DNA of 64,000 nt from Alphaproteobacteria bacterium (GTDB lineage: Bacteria > Pseudomonadota > Alphaproteobacteria > UBA828): NCBI GenBank assembly GCA_965214705.1, contig OZ243972.1, forward strand, positions 448,001 to 512,000, written 5' to 3'. The translations under genes and the position numbers were made by a program. The notes below the pieces were generated by a model. That model was not told the origin of the DNA. It ran no database searches and saw nothing but the letters and a program-made list of their open reading frames with translations. Positions 42,187 to 52,200 of this stretch are shown here, piece by piece; position 1 is the first letter of the stretch, and each line of letters opens with the position of its first letter.

Positions 42187-44244
42187 ATGTGCGGCATAGC
42201 CGGTTTTCTTGGAAGAGGACCTCTCACGTCGGAGGTAGCGTCATCGATCGTCCATGAGATGGCGGACACAGTCGTGCATCGCGGTCCCGACGATGCCGGG
42301 ATCTGGCTGGACCTTGAGGCGGGAGTCGCTCTCGCGCATCGCCGTCTGGCCGTCGTCGATCTATCGCCGGCCGGTCACCAGCCGATGCTGTCCGGTTCCG
42401 GGCGAAGGGTGATCGTCTTCAATGGCGAGATCTACAACCACCGGGACCTCAGACGACGGCTCGACACCCATCGTCAGAGCATCTCCTGGAAGGGGTATTC
42501 CGATACGGAAACGCTGCTGGCAGGCATCGAGTGTTGGGGATTGGAGGAGGCGTTGCGGGCATCCACCGGCATGTTCGCCTTTGCCCTCTGGGATCGCGGG
42601 GACAGGGCCCTCTATCTGGCCCGCGACCGGGTCGGCGAAAAACCGCTCTACTACGGTTGGCAGAACGGTGTGTTCCTGTTCGGGTCAGGGTTGAGGGCGC
42701 TCGCGGCGCATCCTGCGTTCGCGGGGGACATCGACAGAGGCGCGCTCGCCCTGCTCTTGCGCCACGGTTATGTTCCATCCCCTTGGTCCATTTACGAGGG
42801 CGTTCGAAAGCTGCCGCCGGGCACGTACGTCAGGATGGCCGTCGGCGCTTCAGGCCAGCGTGCGGGCGAACTGACGGAACCGCGGCCGTACTGGTCTTTG
42901 CGGGACGTGATGACCGCGGGCCGGGCCGAACCGTTCGAGGGCACTCCCGAAGAAGCGGTTGACGTCCTGAACGACCTGTTGCTGCGGGCGGTCCGCCGGC
43001 AGATGGCAGCGGACGTTCCGCTTGGCGCGTTCCTGTCCGGCGGGATCGATTCGTCGGCCGTCGTCGCATTGATGCAGGCGCAATCCACGCGGCCGGTGCG
43101 GACGTTCACCATCGGATTCGATGAAGTCGAATACGACGAAGCGCCGTACGCCAAGGCTGTGGCAAGCCATCTGGGAACCGAACATACGGAGTTGTACGTC
43201 TCGGCGCGCCAGGCGCTGGACGTCATTCCGCGCTTGCCGAATCTTTTGGACGAGCCCTTTGCCGATGCCTCGCAAATGCCCACCTTTCTCGTCGCCGGGA
43301 TGGCGCGCCGGCAAGTGACCGTGGCCCTGTCCGGAGACGGCGGTGACGAGCTGTTCGGCGGCTATGATGATCGCTATTCTTTGACGTCACGAATATGGAC
43401 GTCACGGTGCAGGCGCTGGATGTCCAACGTGCCGTTGCCGCTACGCCGCATCGGCGCGGGCGCGGTCCTGGCGTTCGTCGCCCCGGAATCGCACACCACG
43501 TTGCCGGGCCGCTTTCTTCGCCGGCTGCCCGCATCTAACGGGCGGCGCTGGACACCTGGCCGGGTCCGCAAGCTGGCGGCGCTGGTCACCTGCCGGACAC
43601 GGGAAGAGTTTTATTGGCGCAGCCTCTCGCACTGGCTGAATCCGGCCGCGATCGTTCGCGGAGCGTCCTTACCCGAAACCGTTGTGAGCGAAGCTATAAG
43701 CTGCGTGGATGCGTTGGAATTCGCAGAGTGGATGATGGCAGCCGACACCCTGAGTTATCTCCCCGACGACATTCTGGTCAAGGTCGACAGAGCAGCGATG
43801 GCCGTCAGTCTCGAGACGCGCGCACCACTCCTGGATCACCAGGTCATGGAATTCGTCTGGCGTTTGCCGTTGTCGTTCAGGATCCGCAGCAACGAGAGCA
43901 AATGGATCCTGCGGCAGGTGCTCTTCAGATACGTGCCGATGCGGCTCGTCGATCGGCCGAAAGCGGGATTCGGTGTGCCACTCGCCTCGTGGCTGCGTGG
44001 TCCTCTCCGGGACTGGGCGGAAGCCTTGCTCGACGAACGGCGGCTTCGGGAGGAAGGGTTTTTCGATCCCGCCCCGGTTCGCCAAACGTGGGGCGCATTC
44101 CTGAGAGTGCACGATAGTGCGGAGCAACGCCTCTGGAACATCCTGATGTTCCAGGCATGGCTGGAACGTTCACCCGCTGCCGAGCGCGGCGCGGAATGCC
44201 CGCCAGGCGGAGACCGCGTCGCCGGGTCGCGGCAGCCAGATTGA
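42187..44244 (+). CDS. asnB: Asparagine synthase (glutamine-hydrolysing)-family amidotransferase, probably polysaccharide amidation
   Basis: MCGIAG, HRGPD, FNGEIYN, FLSGGIDSS, LSGDGGDELFGGY, KVDRAAM. Confidence 0.93.
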   Translation: MCGIAGFLGRGPLTSEVASSIVHEMADTVVHRGPDDAGIWLDLEAGVALAHRRLAVVDLSPAGHQPMLSGSGRRVIVFNGEIYNHRDLRRRLDTHRQSISWKGYSDTETLLAGIECWGLEEALRASTGMFAFALWDRGDRALYLARDRVGEKPLYYGWQNGVFLFGSGLRALAAHPAFAGDIDRGALALLLRHGYVPSPWSIYEGVRKLPPGTYVRMAVGASGQRAGELTEPRPYWSLRDVMTAGRAEPFEGTPEEAVDVLNDLLLRAVRRQMAADVPLGAFLSGGIDSSAVVALMQAQSTRPVRTFTIGFDEVEYDEAPYAKAVASHLGTEHTELYVSARQALDVIPRLPNLLDEPFADASQMPTFLVAGMARRQVTVALSGDGGDELFGGYDDRYSLTSRIWTSRCRRWMSNVPLPLRRIGAGAVLAFVAPESHTTLPGRFLRRLPASNGRRWTPGRVRKLAALVTCRTREEFYWRSLSHWLNPAAIVRGASLPETVVSEAISCVDALEFAEWMMAADTLSYLPDDILVKVDRAAMAVSLETRAPLLDHQVMEFVWRLPLSFRIRSNESKWILRQVLFRYVPMRLVDRPKAGFGVPLASWLRGPLRDWAEALLDERRLREEGFFDPAPVRQTWGAFLRVHDSAEQRLWNILMFQAWLERSPAAERGAECPPGGDRVAGSRQPD

Positions 44245-45492
44245 GAGCCAGCCCATTCCAGTCGCTCTTCCGAACGCCGCCGCGAGAAGGACGAGACGGC
44301 AGCTCATGCCGAGGGTCAGCCCCCAGGCCGCGGCTTCGACGCCGACCGCCGGATAGAGCGCGGGAATCGCAATGAGGTTCGCTACCAAGCCCAAGGAGAC
44401 GGCCCAGGAAACGACGCCCGGGCGGTCGATGGCCTTGAAATAGGTTCCAAGTATGCCGGCGCAGGCGTTGGCGAGCACTCCGAGGGCGATGATCCACAGC
44501 AGCGGGACCGCCGGCAGGAAGCCTTCCGAGAACAGGATCCGGACCAGCGGCTCGCTTACCGCCAGCACGGCGAGACTCGCGGCCGCGGTGCCGCACAAGA
44601 CGACGCGCAGGCAGAGCGTCGTCAGTTCCGGGCGGCCGCTGCCGGCGATGCGGGGCAGCAGCGCGGTGCCGACCGCGTCCGAGATCATTTTCAGTCGGAA
44701 CACGAGAGCGCTCGCGGTTGCGAACAGGCCGATTTCCGCTCGGCTTGCGAACAGCCCGAGAATGAGAACGGCCGCGCTCATCTCCAGCGCGCCGCCTACG
44801 CCCGCGGGATGGAACCGCAGGCCATAGCCGACGATACGCGCGGAAGGGGCGCGGAACGGATTGGCCAGAACCAGCCCGTGACGTCGCCGCAGGAACCGCG
44901 CGCACAAGGCTATCGTACAGCCATGCGCGGCAATGACCGCCGCGACGGCGCCGTCCACCCCGAGCCGCCCGGCCCAGAGGAGGACCAGCAGAACGAGGAA
45001 GTTCACGGCGACATGCAGCAGGGAGAACGCCGCGAGACGTCCGAAGCGCCGTAGCGCGGCGAGTTGGCGCTCCATGGCCATCGAGAACGCCATGACGGGA
45101 ACCAGGGCCAGCGCCATGTAGAACGAGCGCGTCTCGGCCTGCTGGAAGAACGTCGTCTCGCTGTGGACGAACGGAGCGGCCAGTGCGACCGCGAAGCCCC
45201 CGCCGGCGAGGCAGATCGCCAGGGCGGCGCCGACGCCTTCCGAGACGGTCGCTTGCTTCGTCATGACGAAATACTGCGCGCCTTCTCGCGCCCCCGGCGT
45301 GAAGAGCACGCCGAGAACACTTGCGAACACGACGCACAGGGCGAAGCTGCCTCGTCCTTCCGGCAACAACGTCCAGGCTAGGAGACTCTGGATCGCGAGG
45401 CCGAAGATGACCTTGCCGACACCGGTCGCGAACACAATGGCTGCATCCTGCCCGCCGGTTGCGCGCGGGCCGGGTGGCGTTTGCGGTGTCAT
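44170..45492 (-). CDS. Polysaccharide flippase (Wzx/MOP family)
   Basis: Many TM helices, LLPEGRG, IGLFATA, GVEAAAW; locus context. Confidence 0.85.
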   Translation of the reverse strand: MTPQTPPGPRATGGQDAAIVFATGVGKVIFGLAIQSLLAWTLLPEGRGSFALCVVFASVLGVLFTPGAREGAQYFVMTKQATVSEGVGAALAICLAGGGFAVALAAPFVHSETTFFQQAETRSFYMALALVPVMAFSMAMERQLAALRRFGRLAAFSLLHVAVNFLVLLVLLWAGRLGVDGAVAAVIAAHGCTIALCARFLRRRHGLVLANPFRAPSARIVGYGLRFHPAGVGGALEMSAAVLILGLFASRAEIGLFATASALVFRLKMISDAVGTALLPRIAGSGRPELTTLCLRVVLCGTAAASLAVLAVSEPLVRILFSEGFLPAVPLLWIIALGVLANACAGILGTYFKAIDRPGVVSWAVSLGLVANLIAIPALYPAVGVEAAAWGLTLGMSCRLVLLAAAFGRATGMGWLSIWLPRPGDAVSAWRAFRAALGSG

Positions 45493-45505
45493 GGCTTCGA
45501 CAGCA

Positions 45506-46747
45506 CTATCGCCTCGCCAGCTTCCGGAACAGCGCCTCGTAGGCCTCGGCGGCCCTGTCTATGGAGAAGTCGGCGGCGCGGCGCGTAAGCGCTTCCTCCG
45601 TCGGGTGAGCGCCGCGCAGCGTCTCGACCAGTGCCCGCGCCAGCGCCGGCGCGTCGCCCACCGGCGGCAGGCCGCCCCACGCGCCCAGGATCTCGCGCGG
45701 GCCGTAGGGCGCATCGGTGCTCACTACCGGCGTGCCGCAGGCCAGTGCTTCAATGACCACCATCGACAGGCCCTCCCAGCGCGAGGAGAGCGCGAGCAGC
45801 GCCGCTCGCCGCATGTAGCGGAACGGGTTCTCGTCGAAGTCCAGGAAGCCGAGGTCCGCTTCCACGCCATGGCCCCGCGCAAGGCGCTTGAGCCTTTCGC
45901 GGTAGGCCGCCGACAGCTTGCCGAGGATAACCAGCCGCGCGTCCACCTCACGCCTCGCCAGCCCGAATGCCTCCACCAGGGTGGGGTGATCCTTCTGCGG
46001 CGCCTCGCGCCCGACGCACAGGATCACCGGCGGCTCGCCGTCCGCGAACCACGGGTGCGTGACTTCCTCCTGCGCCAGCTGCCGTATGCTGTCGACAGGA
46101 ACACCGTTGTAGATGGTGCGAACGCACTCGGCGTCCACCCCCATCGATTGCCGCACGGACTCGCCCACGCCCCTGGATATCGCGACCACCGCATCGGCCA
46201 GCGGATAGAGGGTTCGGCAAGCGGCCAGCCATTCCGGCGTATAGTCGGCGGCGACGTTGGTGCGCACCGTGACCACCACCGGAACGGCCCGGTCCGTCAA
46301 CTCCGCGGCGCAGACCGCGGCGGTGTCGGCACCCGGCAGCGCCGACACCAGCACATCAGGGCGCGCCTCACGAACGTACGTCGCGATCATGTATGCATAC
46401 GCATAGACGCGGTGACGACTTCGAACGGGTAGGTTGAAGTCTTTCCCGGCGAGAGCCAGCCAAGTGCGGGCGACACCGATGGGGTTGACGGTCATCGCTT
46501 TCACCTCGGTTCCCGACCGCTGCACTTCCCGCAGCAGCTTCCTGTCGGTGCCGGGAAACCGCGCCCGCCAGACGCGCATTCCGCTGGGGACATCGGCCCA
46601 GTAGTCTCCCGCGAATTTGGGGATCACCAAGTCCGTCCGGTGCCCGCGCTCAACGAGCGACCGGGCCAATCGGAGAGTACTGCGCTCCGCCCCGCCGCCG
46701 TTCACGCTGGTCAGCAGGAAGCCGACTTGGAGCTTGTCCGACTTCAC
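45506..46747 (-). CDS. GT4 glycosyltransferase
   Basis: GGGAER, IYNG, QKD, NPFRYM, SSRWEG..VVIEALACGTPVV. Confidence 0.93.
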   Translation of the reverse strand: MKSDKLQVGFLLTSVNGGGAERSTLRLARSLVERGHRTDLVIPKFAGDYWADVPSGMRVWRARFPGTDRKLLREVQRSGTEVKAMTVNPIGVARTWLALAGKDFNLPVRSRHRVYAYAYMIATYVREARPDVLVSALPGADTAAVCAAELTDRAVPVVVTVRTNVAADYTPEWLAACRTLYPLADAVVAISRGVGESVRQSMGVDAECVRTIYNGVPVDSIRQLAQEEVTHPWFADGEPPVILCVGREAPQKDHPTLVEAFGLARREVDARLVILGKLSAAYRERLKRLARGHGVEADLGFLDFDENPFRYMRRAALLALSSRWEGLSMVVIEALACGTPVVSTDAPYGPREILGAWGGLPPVGDAPALARALVETLRGAHPTEEALTRRAADFSIDRAAEAYEALFRKLARR

Positions 46748-48003
46748 CGCGCGCGCTCCCTCACCAGCTTCTCGAACAACGCGACATAGGCGTCGGCGGC
46801 CTTGTCATCGGAAAATTCGGCGGCGCGCGCCCGCAGCGCTTCCTCTGTCGGCCGCGCGCCGCGCAGAGTCGCGACCAGCGCCAGCGCCAGCGCCGGCGCG
46901 TCGCCCACCGGCGGCAACTCGCCCCAACCCCCAAGGATCTCGCGCGGACCGTAGGGCGTGTCGGTGCTGACCACCGGCGTGCCGCAGGCCAGTGCCTCGA
47001 TGACCACGGTCGGCAGGCCCTCCCAGCGCGAGGACAGCGCGAGCAGCCCGGCCCGCCGCATGTAGCGGAACGGGTTCTCGTCGAAGTCCACGAAGCCGAG
47101 GTCTTCCTCCGCGCCATGGCCCCGCGCCAGGGACTGGAGCCTTTGCCGGTAGGGGGCCGAGAGCTTGCCGAGGATAACCAGCCGTGCGGCCGCCTCGCGT
47201 CGCGCCAGCCCGAACGCCTCCACCAGCGTGGGGTAGTCCTTCTGCGGCGCCTCGCGCCCGACACTCAGGATAACCGGTGGCCCGCTACCCGCGAACCAGG
47301 GGTGCGTGACTTCGTCCTGCGCCAGGCGCCATATGCTTTCGGCAGGGATGGGGTTGTAGATGGCGTGGACACGACCGGCGTCCACGCCCACGAACCGCCG
47401 CACGGATTCCGCCACACCTCTGGACACCGATACCACGGCGTCGGCCAGCGGATAGAGCGTCCGGGCAGCGGCCAGCCAATGCGGCGCATAGCCCGCGCCA
47501 ACGTTATTGCGCACAGTGATCACCGTCGGAACGGCCCGGCCCGTCAGTTCGGTGGCGCAGACCGCAATGGCGTTGGGGCCCATATGCGCCGACACCAGCA
47601 CATCGGGACGTTCCTCGCGAAGGTAGCGGGCCAGAACATGGGCGTAGGGATAGATGGAGCGCATGCCGCCGCCGCGTATGACCGGTATGCCGGGATGCTT
47701 CCGGGCGAGAGCCAGCCAGTCGCGCGCGGCGCCGACGGGGTTGACGGTCATTGCTTCCACCTCGATTCCCGCCCGCTGGACCTTTCTCAAGAACGTCTTA
47801 TCGGTACCGGGAATCCGCGCCCGCCAGACACGCATTCCACCGGGTATCGCCGCCAGATAGTCTCCTGCGAACCGGGGGATCACCAAGTCCACCCGATGTC
47901 CTCGTTCGATGAGTGACCGCGCCAAGCGGAGAATGTTGCGCTCCACTCCGCCGCCGGCCAGACTGGTCATCGTGACGCAGACATGGAGTTTATCCGATCT
48001 CAC
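46744..48003 (-). CDS. GT4 glycosyltransferase
   Basis: GGGVER, SSRWEGLPTVVIEALACGTPVV. Confidence 0.93.
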   Translation of the reverse strand: MRSDKLHVCVTMTSLAGGGVERNILRLARSLIERGHRVDLVIPRFAGDYLAAIPGGMRVWRARIPGTDKTFLRKVQRAGIEVEAMTVNPVGAARDWLALARKHPGIPVIRGGGMRSIYPYAHVLARYLREERPDVLVSAHMGPNAIAVCATELTGRAVPTVITVRNNVGAGYAPHWLAAARTLYPLADAVVSVSRGVAESVRRFVGVDAGRVHAIYNPIPAESIWRLAQDEVTHPWFAGSGPPVILSVGREAPQKDYPTLVEAFGLARREAAARLVILGKLSAPYRQRLQSLARGHGAEEDLGFVDFDENPFRYMRRAGLLALSSRWEGLPTVVIEALACGTPVVSTDTPYGPREILGGWGELPPVGDAPALALALVATLRGARPTEEALRARAAEFSDDKAADAYVALFEKLVRERAR

Positions 48004-49250
48004 CGCGCTCGCTCCCTCGCCAGCTTTCGGAATAGTGCCTCGTAGGCGTCAGCGGCCTTGTCATCGGAAAAGTCGGCGGCGCGCGCGCGCAGCGCTTCCT
48101 CCGCCGGCCGCGCGCCGCGCAGCGTCGCGACCAGCGCCCCCGCCAGCGCCGGCGCGTCGCCCACCGGCGGCAACTTGCCCCAACCCCCAAGGATCTCGCG
48201 CGGGCCGTAGGGCGTGTCGGTGCTGACCACCGGCGTGCCGCAGGCCAGCGCCTCGAGGATCACTGTCGGCAGACCCTCCCAGAGCGAGGACAGCGCCAGC
48301 AGTCCGGCCCGCCGCATGTAGCGGTACGGGTTCTCGTCGAAGTCCACGAAGCCGAGGTCTCCCTCCACACCGTGGCCCTGCGCCAGGGACTTGAGCCTTG
48401 CCCGGTACGGCGCCGAGAGCCGGCCGAGGATGACCAGCCGCGCGTCCACCTCCCGCCTCGCCAGCCCGAACGCCTCCATCAGGGTGGGGTGGTCCTTCTG
48501 GGGCGCCTCGCGCCCGACGCTCAGGACCACCGGCGGCTCGCCGTCCGAAAACCAGGGGTGCGTGATCTCCTCCTGCGCCAGCCGCCATATGCTGTCGGCG
48601 GGAATGGGGTTGTAGATTGCGTGAATGCGCTCGGCGTCCACACCCAACGATCGCCGTACGGACTCGCCCACGCCCCTGGATACCGCCACCACCGCGTCGG
48701 CCAGCGGATAGAGCGTCCGGGCGGCGGACAACCATTCCGGCGCGTAGCCGACGGCAACGTTGTTGTGCACCGTGACCACCACCGGAACGGCCCGGTCCGT
48801 CAATTCAGCGGCGCAGACTGCGGCGGCGTCGGCGCCCCGCAGCGCCGACACCAGCACATCGGGACGCGCCTCGCGGAGGTAACGGGTCAGAATGTGGATG
48901 GAAGCATAGAGAGAGCGCTTGCGCCGGACCCGTATGCCAGGGTGCAGCCGGCCGAGAACCAGCCCGGTCCACGCGACCTTGACCGGGTTCACGCAGAGCG
49001 CCGTTACTTCCGCGCCCGAACTTTGGACTGCCCGCAAGAACCTCCTGTCGGTGTGAGGAAGCCGTCCCCGGTACAATCGCACGCCACGGGGAATTGCGGC
49101 CCGGTAGTCTCCCGCGAAGCAGGGAATCACCAGGTCAACCCGGTGCCCACGCTCGATGAGCGATTGCGCCAGGCTCAGAATGACGCGCTGCGCACCGCCC
49201 CCTTCCAGGTTGGGCAGCACGAACCCGACATGGAGTCTGCCGTCGGCCAA
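48000..49250 (-). CDS. GT4 glycosyltransferase
   Basis: GGGAQR, SSLWEGLPTVILEALACGTPVV. Confidence 0.93.
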   Translation of the reverse strand: MADGRLHVGFVLPNLEGGGAQRVILSLAQSLIERGHRVDLVIPCFAGDYRAAIPRGVRLYRGRLPHTDRRFLRAVQSSGAEVTALCVNPVKVAWTGLVLGRLHPGIRVRRKRSLYASIHILTRYLREARPDVLVSALRGADAAAVCAAELTDRAVPVVVTVHNNVAVGYAPEWLSAARTLYPLADAVVAVSRGVGESVRRSLGVDAERIHAIYNPIPADSIWRLAQEEITHPWFSDGEPPVVLSVGREAPQKDHPTLMEAFGLARREVDARLVILGRLSAPYRARLKSLAQGHGVEGDLGFVDFDENPYRYMRRAGLLALSSLWEGLPTVILEALACGTPVVSTDTPYGPREILGGWGKLPPVGDAPALAGALVATLRGARPAEEALRARAADFSDDKAADAYEALFRKLARERAR

Positions 49251-49253
49251 CGG

Positions 49254-52200
49254 TCACACCTTCGCAGGGCGTCGGTCACCGGCGCCGCGCACCGCCCCTA
49301 TCGCGACACTCAACCCGGCGAGAAACATGAATGCTTCCTCGCCGAGCAGATGCGCAAAGGTCATGCAGTACGGGACGATGACGATGACCCAGGCCACGGT
49401 GGCATCCCGGGCAAGCGACTTCGGCGCTACCCATTGCGTGCGCAGAAGCAAGACGATGGCGGACAGAAACAGAAGCAGAGGGACGATACCGGCCTCTCCC
49501 AGCAACATAATGAATAGATTGTGAGGGTCGGGCAGATCGCCGCTCCATGTGACGGGGGCGCCCTCCAGGTATTTCAGCGCCCTCAGACCGTGACCGAAGA
49601 CGGGCGCCTCCATGGCCTTCTCGAATCCCAGCCGCCAAAGCAGCGGTCTGTCCTTCGCCAGGGCGGCGCAGATGAAGCCGTCATCGATATCGTGGCTGCG
49701 CAGACCGTACAGCTCCCACGGCATGCAGCCTTGGAAATCGTTACCCGCGACGGCCAGCGAGAGAAGCCTGATTCCGGCCAATTCGGGCGGGACGGAACCG
49801 GTGAGACGGTTGTCGGCCAGCCACAGTTGCCCGAGATTCGACAGATTGGCGATCTCCCGCGGGATGGGACCCATCAGGCGATTGTCGTCGAGCGACAGCA
49901 TGGTCAGACGCGTCAGGTTCCCCAGTTCCGGTGGAATGGGGCCGGTGAGTCGGTTGCCGTCGAGCCGCAGCAGATGGAGATGGGCCAGCTCGCCCAGCTC
50001 CGGGGGGATCCGCCCGGTCAGGTTCATGTCCCGCAAGTCCAGTGCGATGATGCGACCCCCTCGACCGATGGTGACGCCCTGCCAGGACGCGACGGGGCGA
50101 GCGAAGCTCCAGTTCAGCGCCGCGTCGCCGGCCAGGGTGTCGCGCATGCGCATCAGACGCGCGCCGTCTTCGAACAGGCCCGGTTTGGTCCAGGGCGAAG
50201 GATCGCAGAGCAGATCGGCGGAATCCAGATCGTTGTGCCGTACCTGCGCTGCTCGCGCCGTAGCCGGAAGGCAGTCGGCAAACGCGTTGCCGCCCAGACG
50301 GAGGACCGCAAGATGAGCCCACCGGTCGAGAGCCTCGGGGAGAGCTCCGTGCAAACGATTGTTCTCGAGCCGCAGCTCCTCCAGACGCGACAGGTTGCCA
50401 AGCTGCGGATGGACGTTGCCCGTCAAGATGTTGTTCTCCAGCGCGAGCACCCGCAGACCGGTCAGTGTGGTCAGTCCCTGCGGGATGCCGCCAGTGAGTT
50501 CGTTGCCGCCAAGACGCAACGAAACGAGTGCCTGCAACGCGCTCAGTTCCGGCGGGATCTCGCCGGTCAGCGCGTTGTTTTCCAGTACCAGCGTCCGCAG
50601 CCCGGTCAGGGTGCCCAGTTCCGGCGGGATCGGTCCCGCAAGCCGGTTGTTGCCAAGACGCAGAACGGCAAGGGCGTCCAGAGCCGACAGCTCTGCGGGA
50701 ATCCGCCCGTTCAGTCCCACGTGCGACAGATCCAGGGCGATGACCCGCGGCCCTTCCGCGGCCTCGCCGGCGATGTTGGGCATCCCGACGGTGACACCCC
50801 GCCAATAGCCGATGGGGACCGCGTCGCTCCAGTTTAGTTGGACGTCGCCGGCCAGCACGTCCCGAGCGGCCAACAACGTGGCGCAGTCGTCATACAGGCG
50901 CGGCAGTGCTTCGGGAAAGGATTGGCAGAACAGGTTCCGGTCGAGAACCCGACCGCGACCGCGACCCTGCGCCCGGAGTTCGCCAGCCGCATCGTCATAG
51001 TCCAGGCGCAACGCTGGCAGCGCGGCCACAGAGGGCGGTGCGGGGCCGCTCAGACGGTTCCCGCTCAGCCACAGGTCGGTGAGCCTCGACAGCTTGCCCA
51101 GTTCCGGCGGCACGGAACCGGCCAGGAGGTTGCCGCCCAATGCCAGCATGCGCAGACCGGCGAGGTTGCCGAGCTCGGGCGGGATGTCGCCGGCAAGCCG
51201 ATTGCGGCCCAGGCGCAGAGAGGCGAGTCCGGCAAGCTGCCCCAACTCCGCGGGGATGCGTCCGTTCAAACCCATTTGCGTCAGATCCAGCGCCGTCACG
51301 CGGCCGTGCGAGCGATCCACCGCGACACCCTGCCAGTCGTCGACCGGCACATCGCGGCGCCAGTTGAGCGGCGCATCCCCGGCGAGGCTGTCTCTCACCG
51401 TCAGCAAGAGGGTGCAATCGGCGAGCAGGCCCGGATCGATTTTCTTCGGCCGGCAGAAAACCGGCCCGTCGAGGTCATGGTCGGCAATCTCGTGGAGCGC
51501 CGGCGGGAAGGGGCGGTTCAGGTCGTTGCCGGTGAGGCGCAGGAAGAAGAGATTGCCCAGTCCTTCCAGTTCCGGCGGTACGGGGCCGGCGAGCCGGTTA
51601 TGGCTCAGGTCCAGAGCGACGAGGCCGCCCAATTCGCCGAGTTCCGCGAACAGGCGCCCGTTCAGTCCCGCGCGCGGCAATGCCAGTGCGGTCACGCGCT
51701 TCGGCGAGCCGCCGACGGTGACGCCCTGCCAGAACTCGATGGGGATGTCCTCGCTCCAGTCAAGCGCCGCGTCGCCGGCCAGGACGTCCTTGTTCGCCAG
51801 CAGAAGGCCGCAGTCGGCTTGCAGATCGGAAGTGACGCTGGAGGAGGGTCGACAGAACAGGCGCCTTACCGCATCCGGACGATCTCGGTTCATGCGGCGG
51901 TCCGCCGCCTGCGCCGCCTCTGCATCGTCGAGCGACCGACGACGGCGCAGATCGTGGAGGTCCAGGTCGTGGTTCGCGATCCGGTAGAGACGCCGCGGAT
52001 AGGGACGTTCCAGATCGTTGCCGGAGAGACGTATTAAGGTCAGCTTCTCCAGCTCTTCGAGTTCCGGCGGCACGGAGCCGGTCAGGCGGTTGTGCTTCAG
52101 CCACAACTCCCTGAGATGCGACAGTTTCCCCAGTTCCGGCGGAATCGGGCCGCTCAAGGCGTTGAAGGAGAGCACCAGCCGCTCCAGGTCGGACAGCTCT

